Shown here in pieces: positions 12,781 through 24,130 of a stretch of 64,000 nucleotides of DNA (within the stretch, counting starts at the first letter, position 1; the number at the start of each line of letters is the position of its first letter). The stretch is from assembly GCF_009834535.1 (NCBI RefSeq), contig NC_045696.1, positions 46,254,001-46,318,000 on the forward strand. The letters are read 5' to 3'. The notes under the pieces are model-generated. The model saw only the letters and a list, made by a program, of their open reading frames with translations. It was not told where the DNA came from and did no database searches. A program made the translations under genes and the position numbers. The DNA comes from Camelus ferus (taxonomy: Eukaryota).

Positions 12781-13641
12781 CTACAAAAAAAAGAAGTAAT
12801 ATCCCATACTGAAAATGAGGTATTGCTTCCAGCAATAAATTCCTTACACAATTTCACTTCCCTTTGTTGGACTTAGGGATGATTCTACCACCATACAATT
12901 TCTAATAGTAAAGACTGAAGGTGTGAAGAGATGCAAAACACAGGCATTAGGCTATTTACAGTAGATAGATTTGTGACTGCTCAGGCAACAGAACTTCCTC
13001 CCATATTTAAGAAGTCTTGCATGACCCAAAGGAATGGAACTAATGAACTGTCCAAAGCTGGGCTGCGCTTTTCAGCTTGTTCATACAAATTGGACAAGCC
13101 CTTTACTGTTGGAAGCCATTCCCCTGGTGGTGCTAGTGACTACAATATTTTAAATGCATCAAACTGGACTTGAATTCTTACGTACTGGATATGTGAAATC
13201 ATGACCTGAGCACTAGCAGTGGAATAGCTAAAATAGAACACATACATGAACGCGGCTGCCAAAGATGCTACTTGTTTGGAAAAATGGTAACACATCATGA
13301 CAAATGCTGCTTTCCTTTCTCTGAATAAATGTATTCCCCCAAACCATAGTCCTCACTTGGTAACATAAGTAAGTAAAAAGCAAAACTAACTAGGACAGGG
13401 TACATAATAAGAGTGTACAAGAATCACTAATTCCAATATGTCAGTCAATCAAACATCAACAAACTTTAGTTGTACTGAGTGCCAGGTACTTCAACAGTCA
13501 TCAGGATACAACTACATAAATGATACAGCTCCTAATCAGGGAGATTAGGTTTGTAAACAGCAGAAGATAATTTATAACCTAAGGCAGCATATAGTAAAGT
13601 TGCAAGAGTGATCCAAATAAAAACTGATCTTAAGACAAGAG

Positions 13642-15001
13642 CAGTGGCTCTCCAAGTGGGGTCCGCAGAACCCTCAGGGTCCCCAAGATTCTTTCGCGGA
13701 TTCTGTGAGATTAAAACTAGTTTTATAATAATATTAAGATGTTCTTTACCTTTTTCAGGGGGTTGGTATTTTCACTGATGGTGGGTAAAACTCTGATTGC
13801 TTCAGCACCAAGCAAGGTGGTAGCATCAAGCTGTACTAACAGTCACTGGATTTCTTCACCACCACACACCGGCAGTCAAAAGAAGAAGACAAAGAAGAAG
13901 AAACTCATTTTCACCTAAGAATGTCTGAGAAAGCAGTGGAAATTATTAATTTTATTAAATCTTGACCTTTCCAAGCATGTCTTTATAATCTGAGGGACTA
14001 AATGGGCGGGATACACGTACTTCTATGTACAGAAGTACAATGATTATCTTGAGGAAAAGCACTGGTGCAACTGAGTTTCAAATTGAACTAGCGACTTTTT
14101 TCATGAAGTAGCATTTTTGTTTGAAAGAACAACTGACAGACGAACGAACTATGGTTATTCAGACTTGACTATCTGGCAGATATTTTCTCAGAAATAAACA
14201 AAGTGAGCCTGTCCTTTAAGGAAAACAACCAACAGTATTTCTTGCCAATGATAAAATTTGAACTTTCAAACAAAAATTAGAATTTTGGAGTACTTGTATT
14301 CTAATATGTAAAATGTTTCCTGATGAAAACAATGATAAAATTCAGGAATATGGTATTTTTGATATCGTATGACAAAACGAGTCAACGTTTGGAAGATCTG
14401 CATAATTCAGTGAACCAACAGTCTCCAAGTGACCAGTGTATAACATTACAAATCATGCATGAGTAAAGGTCCATTCAAGAGACTAATAAGTTTCCATGCC
14501 TCAGAGTATGAAAAGTTTATTGATACGGATTTTTATTCCACACTGTAGCTAACTTTTCAAAAAATACCACATGAAGAATTTTGGAGTAGTAGTAAAGAAT
14601 ATCCAAAATTATCTGAAAAAGCTATTAAAATATTTCTCCCTTTTCCAACTATATATCTCTTAAAAGCCAGATTTTCTTCATATACTTCAAACTATATGCA
14701 GTATCACAATAGATGGACTGCAGAAACAAATGTAAGAAGATTCAACTAAATATCAAATCCAGGTAGATACTAAAGAGCTTTACAAAATGCAAACATTTTT
14801 CTTAATTTTGCTTTGTTTTGGAAAATTCTGCTATTTTTTATTAAAAATATGTTAATATGAAATGGGCTGATTATTATTATAAGTTAACAAATATTTTAAA
14901 CATTTCTCCGATTTTAATTTCTAATATGAGTATCAACAGATGCAACCCACATAAACAAAAGTTTTGGGGGGCCCAGAGATCAAAATATTTAAGAATTATT
15001 G
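13642..15001 (+). mobile_element. Charlie1a-like hAT DNA transposon, near full-length non-autonomous copy
   Basis: Starts CAGTGGCTCTCCAAGTGGGGTCC and ends AAGAATTATTG; 8-bp TSD GACAAGAG/GACTAGAG (7/8); transposase remnant LWLFRLDYLADIFSEINKVSLSF at 14149-14217. Confidence 0.85.
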
Positions 15002-15799
15002 GACTAGAGAAAAGGGAGCAATCAGGAGGAGCTAGGGAAACTGTTCCGTGGGACCAATCCAAACATACTCTTCCCTGGAAATCTTTTAAGGCCCCAAATG
15101 AATGATGTTCATTACTTACATATGACCAATTTACTTTAGTGTTCTTTACATATCAATGCATCGTACTTGTGGAAATGCAATATAAAATTCCCCAATTCAG
15201 CAAAATCCCTTCATAATCAGAGACCTACTATTAAGTGGCAGAAGTAATAATTAATACAGAATAACCATTATATGAATATATCAGTGGTTCCTTTTCATGT
15301 TCAAAGTCTCCTTTTTAATATTTATTGTAACTTACAACCCTCCATGAACCTTATGTAATTAAAGATACTGCCTAGCAAACAAACTACATTTTTAAAGTGG
15401 CAGTTAATTCATTTTCCTCTTTTAGATTGAAAAATAAATAGGAAATTTGTTTGGATACAGCCATGGAAATTTACATGGATTCTCTGGTTCATGTAATATC
15501 AGGCAAAGCAAAAACAGTGGAATTTTAGTTATTCTACCTATAGTAATCATGAAATTGCTGTTTAGATTTTTGAAATTTTCAAACAGGTTGTGGACTCCTC
15601 CCTGTCCATTATTACCTCCACAAAAGATCTGGAGGGTGAAATGTAGCATGTAGGGTGTTTTGTTTTTAATTTAGTATTGGGTTTTTGGTCACTGAGATTG
15701 TGATAGTAATGAATTCGCCCATTTTTGCTCAGTCACCAGACATCTGAGAGTCTGGAGTTTATGTCCCTTTAGGGATACACTGTAGGCTTAGGGTTTGCA

Positions 15800-15960
15800 G
15801 CAAGATAGTGTGAAAAAGCCTAGGCTCTAGAATTAGAATGACTTTCTAGTTAATAGTTGTGTGAATTTAAACAAATAGCTTCAACTCTTTGAACCTGTTT
15901 CCTTACCTGTGAAACAGAACTAATGCCAACTCCTCGTACATTTGCTGTATGGCATACAAA
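15800..15960 (+). repeat. MIR SINE
   Basis: GGCTCTAGAATTAGA...GTTGTGTGAATTTAAACAAAT..TTCCTTACCTGTGAAA core-like sequence. Confidence 0.55.
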
Positions 15961-17099
15961 ATGATAGCCATCACTATAGAGCAAATAAGCCAAGTTGTGT
16001 TACACATCAATACACTGTTTTAAAAGTTGACAGTGCTAATATTTCATAGTATTGTCAATTTTGGCAAAAAAAAAAATTTTTTTTTTAAAGAAAACCTTTT
16101 GTGATTAGTCCTTGGTGCAATTTTTTGCCAACTTTAAAATATGGAAGAAAACGTATTTCCATGCTCAGTGTGCAATTGTTTAATACATATATTTGAAGGT
16201 AAATAGTGTTGGCCCTTGGCAAATTAAAAATTGTTCAGGGTTATCTTGGGACACAACTATCTGTGTTCTCAGACCCCAGGGTGAGCAGGATCCCCTAGTT
16301 CAACACCTGTAGGACTGACTATCCACAGGAGCATCTGGGCCTCTAGTTTGTCTTAGGATTTTGAACCCCATTTGGAAATCCTCCACCCCAATTTCCTTTT
16401 TTCTCCCCAACATGGACAAGTTACTCCTTTCCTTCTCCTCTTCTTAATTCTTCTTCATTCCTCTCAAATACAAATTTAACATTTTCTTACAAATTTTACA
16501 GTACCTTAATTAGTACCCATCATTATTTTGGGAAGATTCTATACTCTTACGATATGGACTTTCCATGTTATTGAAATTTCTGACAAATGTGCTGTTGAAA
16601 GTCTTCCCTTTTTTAGTAATTATTGCTGCATTTCTAGAATCTGTTATAGCATCAGAAAAGTATACCAAAAGTAGGTATCACCAATATGTTTTGTTCATAA
16701 TTGTAATAAAATTAAAACACCTTAGCGTCACGTTGTGATAAATTCTACAATTGAAAACTGTAATTTCCCCTACCTTCTGAAGGTATATTAGGGATTAATC
16801 AGGGTTTTTAATCGTGCATGAGTTTTATGGAGTAAGGGCACAACCTTTCTACTATTATATACGCTTTCATTTGGAAAGCCTAGAAGCCATCACTTGTCAA
16901 GGGCTGTTTAGAGATGACTGTAATAGCCAGTCTCTATAAGTTTTTTAAAACATATTTTTGGATTTTTCTTTCCTTCGAAAGAAAATTACTGCTCCACAAT
17001 GCATTTTTCAATTTAGAAAAAAAGGTGCTCATTTCTGAGGAAATATGGCTTTAAAGAAGATACACAATGCCTCTGACAATTCTGAAAACTCAGGGACTG

Positions 17100-18050
17100 G
17101 AGGGGAGCTACCGAGTGAGGTATGTTTTCAGGAAAATCCGGCGGATTGCGAATCTCTCTGGAGGTGGACCAATCCGCGCGGCCACAGCTCCGCGCTCTCG
17201 GAACAGGGCTGGGCAGCAGACGCCTCGCCGCGCTCACAGGCACACACCCTGGCCAAACCCGCGGAGTCCTCCCAGTTTCCTTTCCTAGATGCCTCGGAAT
17301 CTTTACCACAGCAATCTGACGACATTATGCCTCAACAGTAGTTCCCAACTTCTGAGAGAAACCCTTTTAAAATTAAAAATAATTTAGCAGACCCTACCAC
17401 CACCACCACCCAGAATGTGTAGCAGCCGCACTTTAAAATTATGCTTACGGAGAGAACTTAAAACGAGATCAAAAGCTTCAGAAGATTCTGAAACACTTTC
17501 AAACGCCTATATATCCTATTAATCATAACATCTGCATACATTTGAGTGTATTTATTTATGCGGTACGCTAAGTTTACAGGCACTGCTTGGTGCACAGATG
17601 GCTTCGCCCACTCCTCGCACAGGGAAATCCCGAGGGTCCCGAGGAGGCGCCTAGGATCTGAGGCCCGGAGCTGCTGTGATGGCCGTAGAGGCAATAGGTC
17701 CTGCCTTCAACCCCACACGTTCAATGAAGCTGGATTCCCAGAGACAGCAGGACGTTCTTCCTGCACGTCGCCGGGGCATCGCAGGGCATCTGCCGCCCCC
17801 TATCGGTGGTGAGGGGAAAAATACCCGAGCCCGGTTAGAATCAACTGGAAGGGCCTCTTGAATAAAAGAATATTCCATGACTACGCAGTACCGAGAGGAC
17901 TATCAGGGAGCCTGCTTTCCGCAGACACTCTCCTCCGATTGCTGCGTTTTAATGCAGGTGTTCACAACTGTGGGAGAGGATGCTGGATTGTGAAGAGGAA
18001 ACTGTCCCTGTGAGGGCTTGGGGGCGGGGGGGGGGGGCGGGGAGTAGTCC
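17100..18050. promoter_or_regulatory. Secondary CpG-rich segment of a bipartite CpG island
   Basis: Abrupt rise in CpG density at ~17110-17300 and ~17550-17950 against AT-rich flanks; CCAAT at 17169-17173; G-run at 18020-18042. Confidence 0.65.
17793..17806 (-). promoter_or_regulatory. Candidate CTCF site
   Basis: Minus strand CCGATAGGGGGCGG, one mismatch to the core CC[AG][CG][CT]AG[AG][GT]GGC[AG][GC], in CpG-rich DNA. Confidence 0.45.
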
Positions 18051-18699
18051 AGGATACACCCAAGGTTCAGTTTGTTTTTCACCCTCCTATTCATCAATCT
18101 ACCTCATCCTTATGAAAAGCGTTTGCCCTTAGTCGGGATGGGGTCATTCATTAGAGTATAGTATGGTGTTTTCTCAAGCACCTGTCCCCTCCTGTTACAC
18201 TTTGTGCAGAGGCCAGTGACCTGCTGCAAAGGTGACAAAGGCCACCTTCCCTGAGAAGCTGCCCTAGTTGTGTCCAGGAATGGCTTCCCAACAGCATGCT
18301 ACTTCTGTGGTCCCTCTGGTGACTATGAACATGCTTCATTCAGTAAAGTACAATAAACACTGAGAAGAAAGCTCCCGGAAACCCCAGGCTATTTTCTCCT
18401 AGGACCGAACGTGTAAAATTTGCCTCCACTTGGACACAGCAAAGACTGCCGGCAGGGTGGGGCGTGTTAATACTATATACTCAGATATTACTAATTTTAT
18501 TTTCATTATATTCTACCCACTACCACTTCTCTTCTAAACACACACACACACTTTGTAGTATCCTAACTTGTTCATTCGTGTCCATATTTGCCTTGGCCCT
18601 TTCGGGAAGGAGGCAAGAGAAAGATGAACGAAGGTGAGTGGGGGAAGGGGGAGAAAGGAAGAGGGAGGAGAATCGTCTTCCACACCAGACTTTGTTTAA

Positions 18700-19700
18700 G
18701 CGGGAAGACACTCCCGGCGGAGGATCTAGAGGACGACAACGGAAAAGTCCTACTACACGCTCACAGCGATAGTACTGGCACCCCTAGTCTGCCAGTGGCT
18801 GCTGGAGATCCGGGGTCCAGTTGGTCCTCTTCGAGGTTCCCACCGGTCCGCGGTGGGGGTCGGGCCCTCCAGTGTCGCTGCGAGTCTGGGAGGGGAAGGA
18901 AGCTCCGCTGGCTCCGTTTTCCCTCCCAGCTCGCCGTGGCTGCCGCCGCCGACCATGGCCCCGCCAAGGCCCCGCCAAGGCCCCTCCAATTCCCCGCTCC
19001 TGAGCGGCCGCAGGTGCCGACTGGCCCATCCCTGGCGGGAGAGGAACGCCCGACTGGCTGAGCCCTCCCAGTGTCTAGTTGAAGGAGGGTCTCCTGCGCG
19101 TGGCGGAGGACCCGGGGCTCGGGTGCTCCCCTTTCCCGCGGCCTTTGGGTGCGGTGCGCAGGGGTGCTGGCGGGCGGCGGCAGCTACTAGCGCAGGCGGA
19201 AGGCGCGGCACAGCCACGGTCACGGCCGCCGCTGGGTCTCGGGCGGAAGCGCGGGCTCCGGAGGGGAGGGCCTGCCGCGCCCCGCGAGGCCCAGGGCTCC
19301 CGGCCCCCAGCGGCGCCCGTCGGTGCAGGAGCAGATCTCGGGCGGCCACCGCGCCGCAAGGCAAGAATGGCCCCTGGTCAGTTTCAGCCCCGTCCACACG
19401 CGTGGTGGGGCGAGGCCGGCGTCCACGCGTGTCCGTCCGACTGTGCGTCTTTCACTTGCACACACTGAGCCCCCTACAGCGGCGCGGACCCCAGCTCTGA
19501 GGTTGGCCGCTCCCATGTCTGCCACCTCCAGCACCCAAAGCCGCCCACCCCAGCCTCCCGGCAAGCGGAGACTTCCCGGATGGGGCCATGCTTTTCTTCC
19601 AGGACAATCAGGGCTCCTCCCCTCCCCGCGATCTTTCTAGGAGGCCACCTCCAGAGATTCCGAGGCGATTTCCTCTCTGCCGGCACTGAGCTGGCAACTC
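18700..19700. promoter_or_regulatory. Main CpG island / TATA-less promoter
   Basis: Very high GC and CpG content; tandem GC boxes at 18957-18989; ETS-like GGCGGAAG at 19195-19202 and 19242-19249; no repeats. Confidence 0.9.
18765..18950 (-). other. Candidate first exon of an unidentified minus-strand gene or lncRNA
   Basis: Minus-strand donor GCT|GTGAGC at 18765/18764 about 190 nt downstream of the GC-box cluster; left flank is A-rich on + with mostly + oriented L1s, consistent with minus-strand transcription; TSS position is a guess. Confidence 0.4.
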
Positions 19701-20363
19701 CTCTCACTAAATACACAGGGAAGAATTACAAGCTGAGTATTTGGCAAGAGATTACCACCACCGAAAAAGCACACAGTTCAATGTGCATGGAATGTTTTGA
19801 TCAGTGGGTTAATGGGGGATAGAAGTTCGCTCTCTGTTTTTGATAGTCCTGATTTTGAAGCTTTTTTAAAGTTACATTGCTCTCTTTTCTGCTCGGTCAA
19901 CAACACAGAAAATGGAATATTGCTTTGTTTTTTTAATGATTCAGAGTCAATTGTAATGACAGTAACTTTGAGAATTTCACAGCATCTTGTGAAATAAAAT
20001 GGAGATGTACACCTAGGTGAGAATCGTTGTATTATGTAGTAGCAGGCTGGATCCAGCCAACAAAGTCCGTGAGACATTTCTTGCCTCTTTCAGCTCACCC
20101 TCTTTAGTGGAATTTTTATCATTTAATTATTTTTTTCATTATCATGAGGCTTTCATGAGTCTAAGAGTAGGAATAGGACAAAGACTGAGAACAACACTTG
20201 GACGTCCCTAAAACAATCTTTACCTTTCTTGGGGAAGTAATTCCTGGGGCTAATAAAGAATTTCAGATCTGAGGTCCAAAAATGTTGTTTAAAAAAAAGA
20301 AAAAGCGTTCAGTTTTACTTCCCTTATTTATTCCACAGATATTTATGGAGCACCTACCCGGCA

Positions 20364-20364
<1 letters not shown>

Positions 20365-20408
<44 letters not shown>
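20365..20408. repeat. (CA)22 microsatellite
   Basis: Direct reading. Confidence 0.95.
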
Positions 20409-20411
<3 letters not shown>

Positions 20412-20439
20412 CATACATACATACTGTGGGCTGTATAAA

Positions 20440-20700
20440 TGATAACATAACATTTGTTGAATGCTTAGTATGAGACAGGCAGTATAATCGACGTTTTAAA
20501 GATTAGACCATTTTGCCCTTCCAGGGACAATATTGATTAGTTACTGTTACTGTCATCTGCTTTACAGAGGAGAAAAATGAGATATTGCAGGCTTTAAATA
20601 ACTTTCTCAAGGTCACCTAGTTAGTAAATGGCATGGAAAGGGGTTAAGCCCAGTCTGATGGAGAGTCCCCAGGCTCAACCACAACGCTACATCCTCCAGT
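20440..20700 (-). repeat. MIR SINE
   Basis: TTTACAGAGGAGAAAAATGAG...CAAGGTCACCTAGTTAGTAAATGGC MIR core. Confidence 0.7.
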
Positions 20701-21699
20701 CAGATCTGGGAATCTGTTTATTTTGGAACTAACTTATGCAGATCAGAAGCGAAGCAGAACTTGAGAAGCACAGATATAATCACACTCCCTCTTTTTCCTG
20801 ATTAGAAAACAGACCCAAAGAAGTGATTTATCCAAAGACATACAGTCAATTAATTGCAGAATGAGATCCAGAGAGCCACCTCCTGGTTCCTTGCCCAATG
20901 TCCACTCTACCATCCAAACCACATCAGCTCAGTCCAAGAGGAGTCAAAAAATGTAAATATTTCAACAACTACAATAAACATACAGTCAAATCTTGATTAT
21001 CTTTAGCTTCCTCTTCTACCTGTTTCCCTTCTGGATATTTTACTGTTGTAGTTTCTCTCCCAGAGGGAGTGAAAAACCAGGTGAAATTCAATTGTTTCCT
21101 TTCTGCTAATATTAACTGGTAAGAACTCTAATATTAAAAAAAGAAAAATGGGGGAGGGGAAGCCAGAGAGGTTTGATAGAAGAAAACGCTAGAACAAGTT
21201 CCTCAAATAAGATTTGCAGGTGATCCCTGGAGTTTGGTTTTCCATACTACCAGTAACTCCCATTGATGTAGTGAAGGGTTGAAACTCAGGAAAGAAGCAA
21301 CATGGATGCCCCATCTAAAGCAACCATTCCTCCATTCTTCCTCTTCCTGTGCACCCCATGCCTACCAACTGCTGCTATGTGAGGAGTAGGAAAAAGGAAA
21401 GGAAATAATAAAGGGATGTGGTGAATCATTCTAGAACAATTTTCACTTCTGTTTTGGAGAGTTTAATAGTTACAGTGTGAAAAAGAATTAACTAGGCCAC
21501 TGTTCCTCCATCGTTAGTCTCAAACACCGAGCATACACATACACTGTCATTAAACAAATAGATTTAGCTAGCTTTTAACATCCCAACATCTTCATATTTT
21601 GCTTTTACTCTCTTTCTTTTGAACCTACTCTCAGGTCATAGGGATGCTGAGAAACTGTACAAGAACCATGGGGACTGCTGCCTCTTCTCAGCAACTCTG

Positions 21700-22580
21700 A
21701 TCAAATTATTTCCTTACTTAAAATCATTTGCTGATTCCTCATAAACTCAACAAAATAAAATCTGACTCTTTAACAAGGCAAACAATATGTTACATGATTA
21801 GCCCCTGACTGCTCACCGCCCTCACCTCTGCCTCTCATTGAAACGCTGAGCAATACTAAACTAGCTGTGGTCCTCCGAACACACAACTCTGTCTCCTGCC
21901 CTCGTGTTCTTGCATTATGCCTATCCTCTCCCTGGAATTCCTTCCCCACCTTGTCCTCTTGGTGAATGCCTCCTCACTCCCCCAAACCCTGCTCAGTGCC
22001 AACCCTGTGAATTCTTTCCTCTCTGATATCTCTCCCAAAACAATAGTCTCTTGCTCATGTAGGAAACCACTTCTGTTCCTTGTATATTCTCTGTTATGGC
22101 TCTTAGTCTGTGTAACAAAATTTTTTTTTCCCTATGTCCTTCTCTTCTGGTAGACTAGACTTCCTTGGGAATCTGTCTATATAATTTTTGTGTAGTATGT
22201 TGGAAAAGCTAGGGAATATAAGATTAATTTATTTTTAAGTAGAATATCATTTACATTTTGAAATAATATGATCAGTATGTTTAAAACAATAGGTCCATTT
22301 GTGATAAAGTACAGAATGTCCAAAAAACCTGGACATAAAGGAAAATTTGGTGTATGCATGATACTTTTTTCAGATTACTCTATGACTATACAGATACTTA
22401 ACCTAAAAAAATTTCTGGAGGTTGAAGAAAAAATACTAAGCACATTATTTGAAAATGTAAGTAAAATACTGCTTTAAATATAAGTGTATACTGTTTCCTG
22501 AATTTCAGACCCCTGTAGTCCCAGCACCTAACACTGTGTCCAGTGCCTGACACATAATATGCCTATTCAGTTGTTCTAAA
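21700..22580 (+). mobile_element. L2 LINE 3' fragments (interrupted)
   Basis: CT-rich L2 3' motifs and CCCAGCACCTAACACTGTGTCCAGTGCCTGACACATAA. Confidence 0.55.
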
Positions 22581-23929
22581 CTGAACAGAGCAACCAGCTG
22601 AAACAGCCACTGGTCCAGGAGCTTCGGGTTCAAGCTAATCACAGCTCCAGCTTCTGTCTCTCCTTTTGTTGAGCTCTAAACAGCTTCAGTCACTTTGTCA
22701 GTCACACTCCTCTACTTGATCTCTGTTTCACCTAGAATTAATGCTTTTGACTAAACTGTAATTATTTACATGCTTTTGACATTTGCTGTGGAAAGGAATC
22801 CCCAGGCTTTTCCCCATTGATGATAGGACCCATAATTGAGGGGTAGAGATGGTTGATGGAGCAGCAGAGCAGACAAGGCCTCCAAATCAGCTAGTGAATC
22901 ATTCATTCATTTGACAAATATTTTTCCAGCATGTTCAACCTGCTAGGCTACAGGCCAGGCAATGGCCTCCCAGACTGTAGTGGAGCCCTATTCTAGCCAA
23001 CATCTCTATTTTACTTGTTGCAGAAGTTCCTATTGCCAGAAACTTACGAGTGGGCAAGAACTTTCTATACAATCCAAGACCATTAAGGCATGTCAAAACC
23101 AGCCACTTAAATTAAGGGCTTTGCATGGATACATTTTCCATGTCAGGTTAACTCTTTAATGACCAAAGAGTTGTGTGTATATTTATGCAAAATTGGGAAT
23201 ATTTATGCAAAATTTAAGACACAATTGATAGATATTTAACAGCACCTCTGGAGTACAAATACAGATATACCTATAGTCCATATACCTGAAAAATTATCTC
23301 ACATTAACAAACTGGTCTCGTATGATAAGAGATCTGCACCTCTAGCAGGTTCATGTAGCATTTAATAATACAGGGACTATCTTACATGTTTGCCTATTTA
23401 GGAATATTAGTAATGTTTACATACTAGCCTCAGATAACTAATGAGGAAGAAAGCCTGTGATATAGTAGGTACAGCTGAATATACTCTTTAACATCACGAA
23501 AGTACACCTTGTATATCACTAGGGAGGAGAATCTAGAACTTTAGATCCTTTAGTCCTGAGGAAAATAATGTGAAATATAGCAAACTAGGAAGAATTAATG
23601 AAGTCTCCATTTCTGAAGAGTGACTATATTCTCTAACAAAAATCATTTTGGGAATTCTTGGCTTAAGAAATATTTCTCAGATTATAGGTTGGAGAGATAA
23701 GAGCAAGTGTTGGTACCCACCCCCCAAAAGGGGCATTTTTAGAAATGTAATTTTTATGTTTTTTCCCTCAGTGACACTCAGGTCATGTCTCAATTTGTAA
23801 AGCAACCAAAAATATCCAATCAGTTATCTGAGTAATTTAGGCCCCAGAGAAAACTATCTTTGTTTGAATTACCATAGCAGTATCACCATTGCAATCATAT
23901 TAGCTTAAAGTAGGAAGGCAACACAACAT

Positions 23930-24130
23930 ATTGGACATATTTGGAGCCAATGATTTGTATTCAAATCCTGATTCCGCCATTTATTAGTTCTGTGATCTCT
24001 GCCTTGCTTAGCTTCTTTCCTCTTTCGGTTAACTCTTTTGTGAAATAGGTATATCTCACTTGTCCTTAGGGAGGTATGGTGAGAATCAAATAAGATACTG
24101 GATATGAAAACTGCACTTTGAACTGCAGAG
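23930..24130 (+). repeat. MIR SINE
   Basis: TTCAAATCCTGATTCCGCCATTTATTAGTTCTGTGATCT...GTGAGAATCAAATAAGATA. Confidence 0.7.

Noticed and set aside
12753..12815. C/D box snoRNA (ATGATGA ... CTGA on +)
   Set aside because: No convincing terminal stem or recognisable guide; it contains an A-run and is antisense to the better-supported minus-strand exon
18570..18587. Minus-strand coding first exon MDTNEQ|GTTAGG
   Set aside because: Weak donor; the frame continues through the 68-nt exon but stops in the next candidate exon, and the peptide matches nothing I recognise
18588..19822. Long overlapping ORFs on both strands (up to 215 aa)
   Set aside because: Stop-codon depletion in a CpG island; Ala/Arg/Gly/Pro-rich, no recognisable domain, many frames open at once
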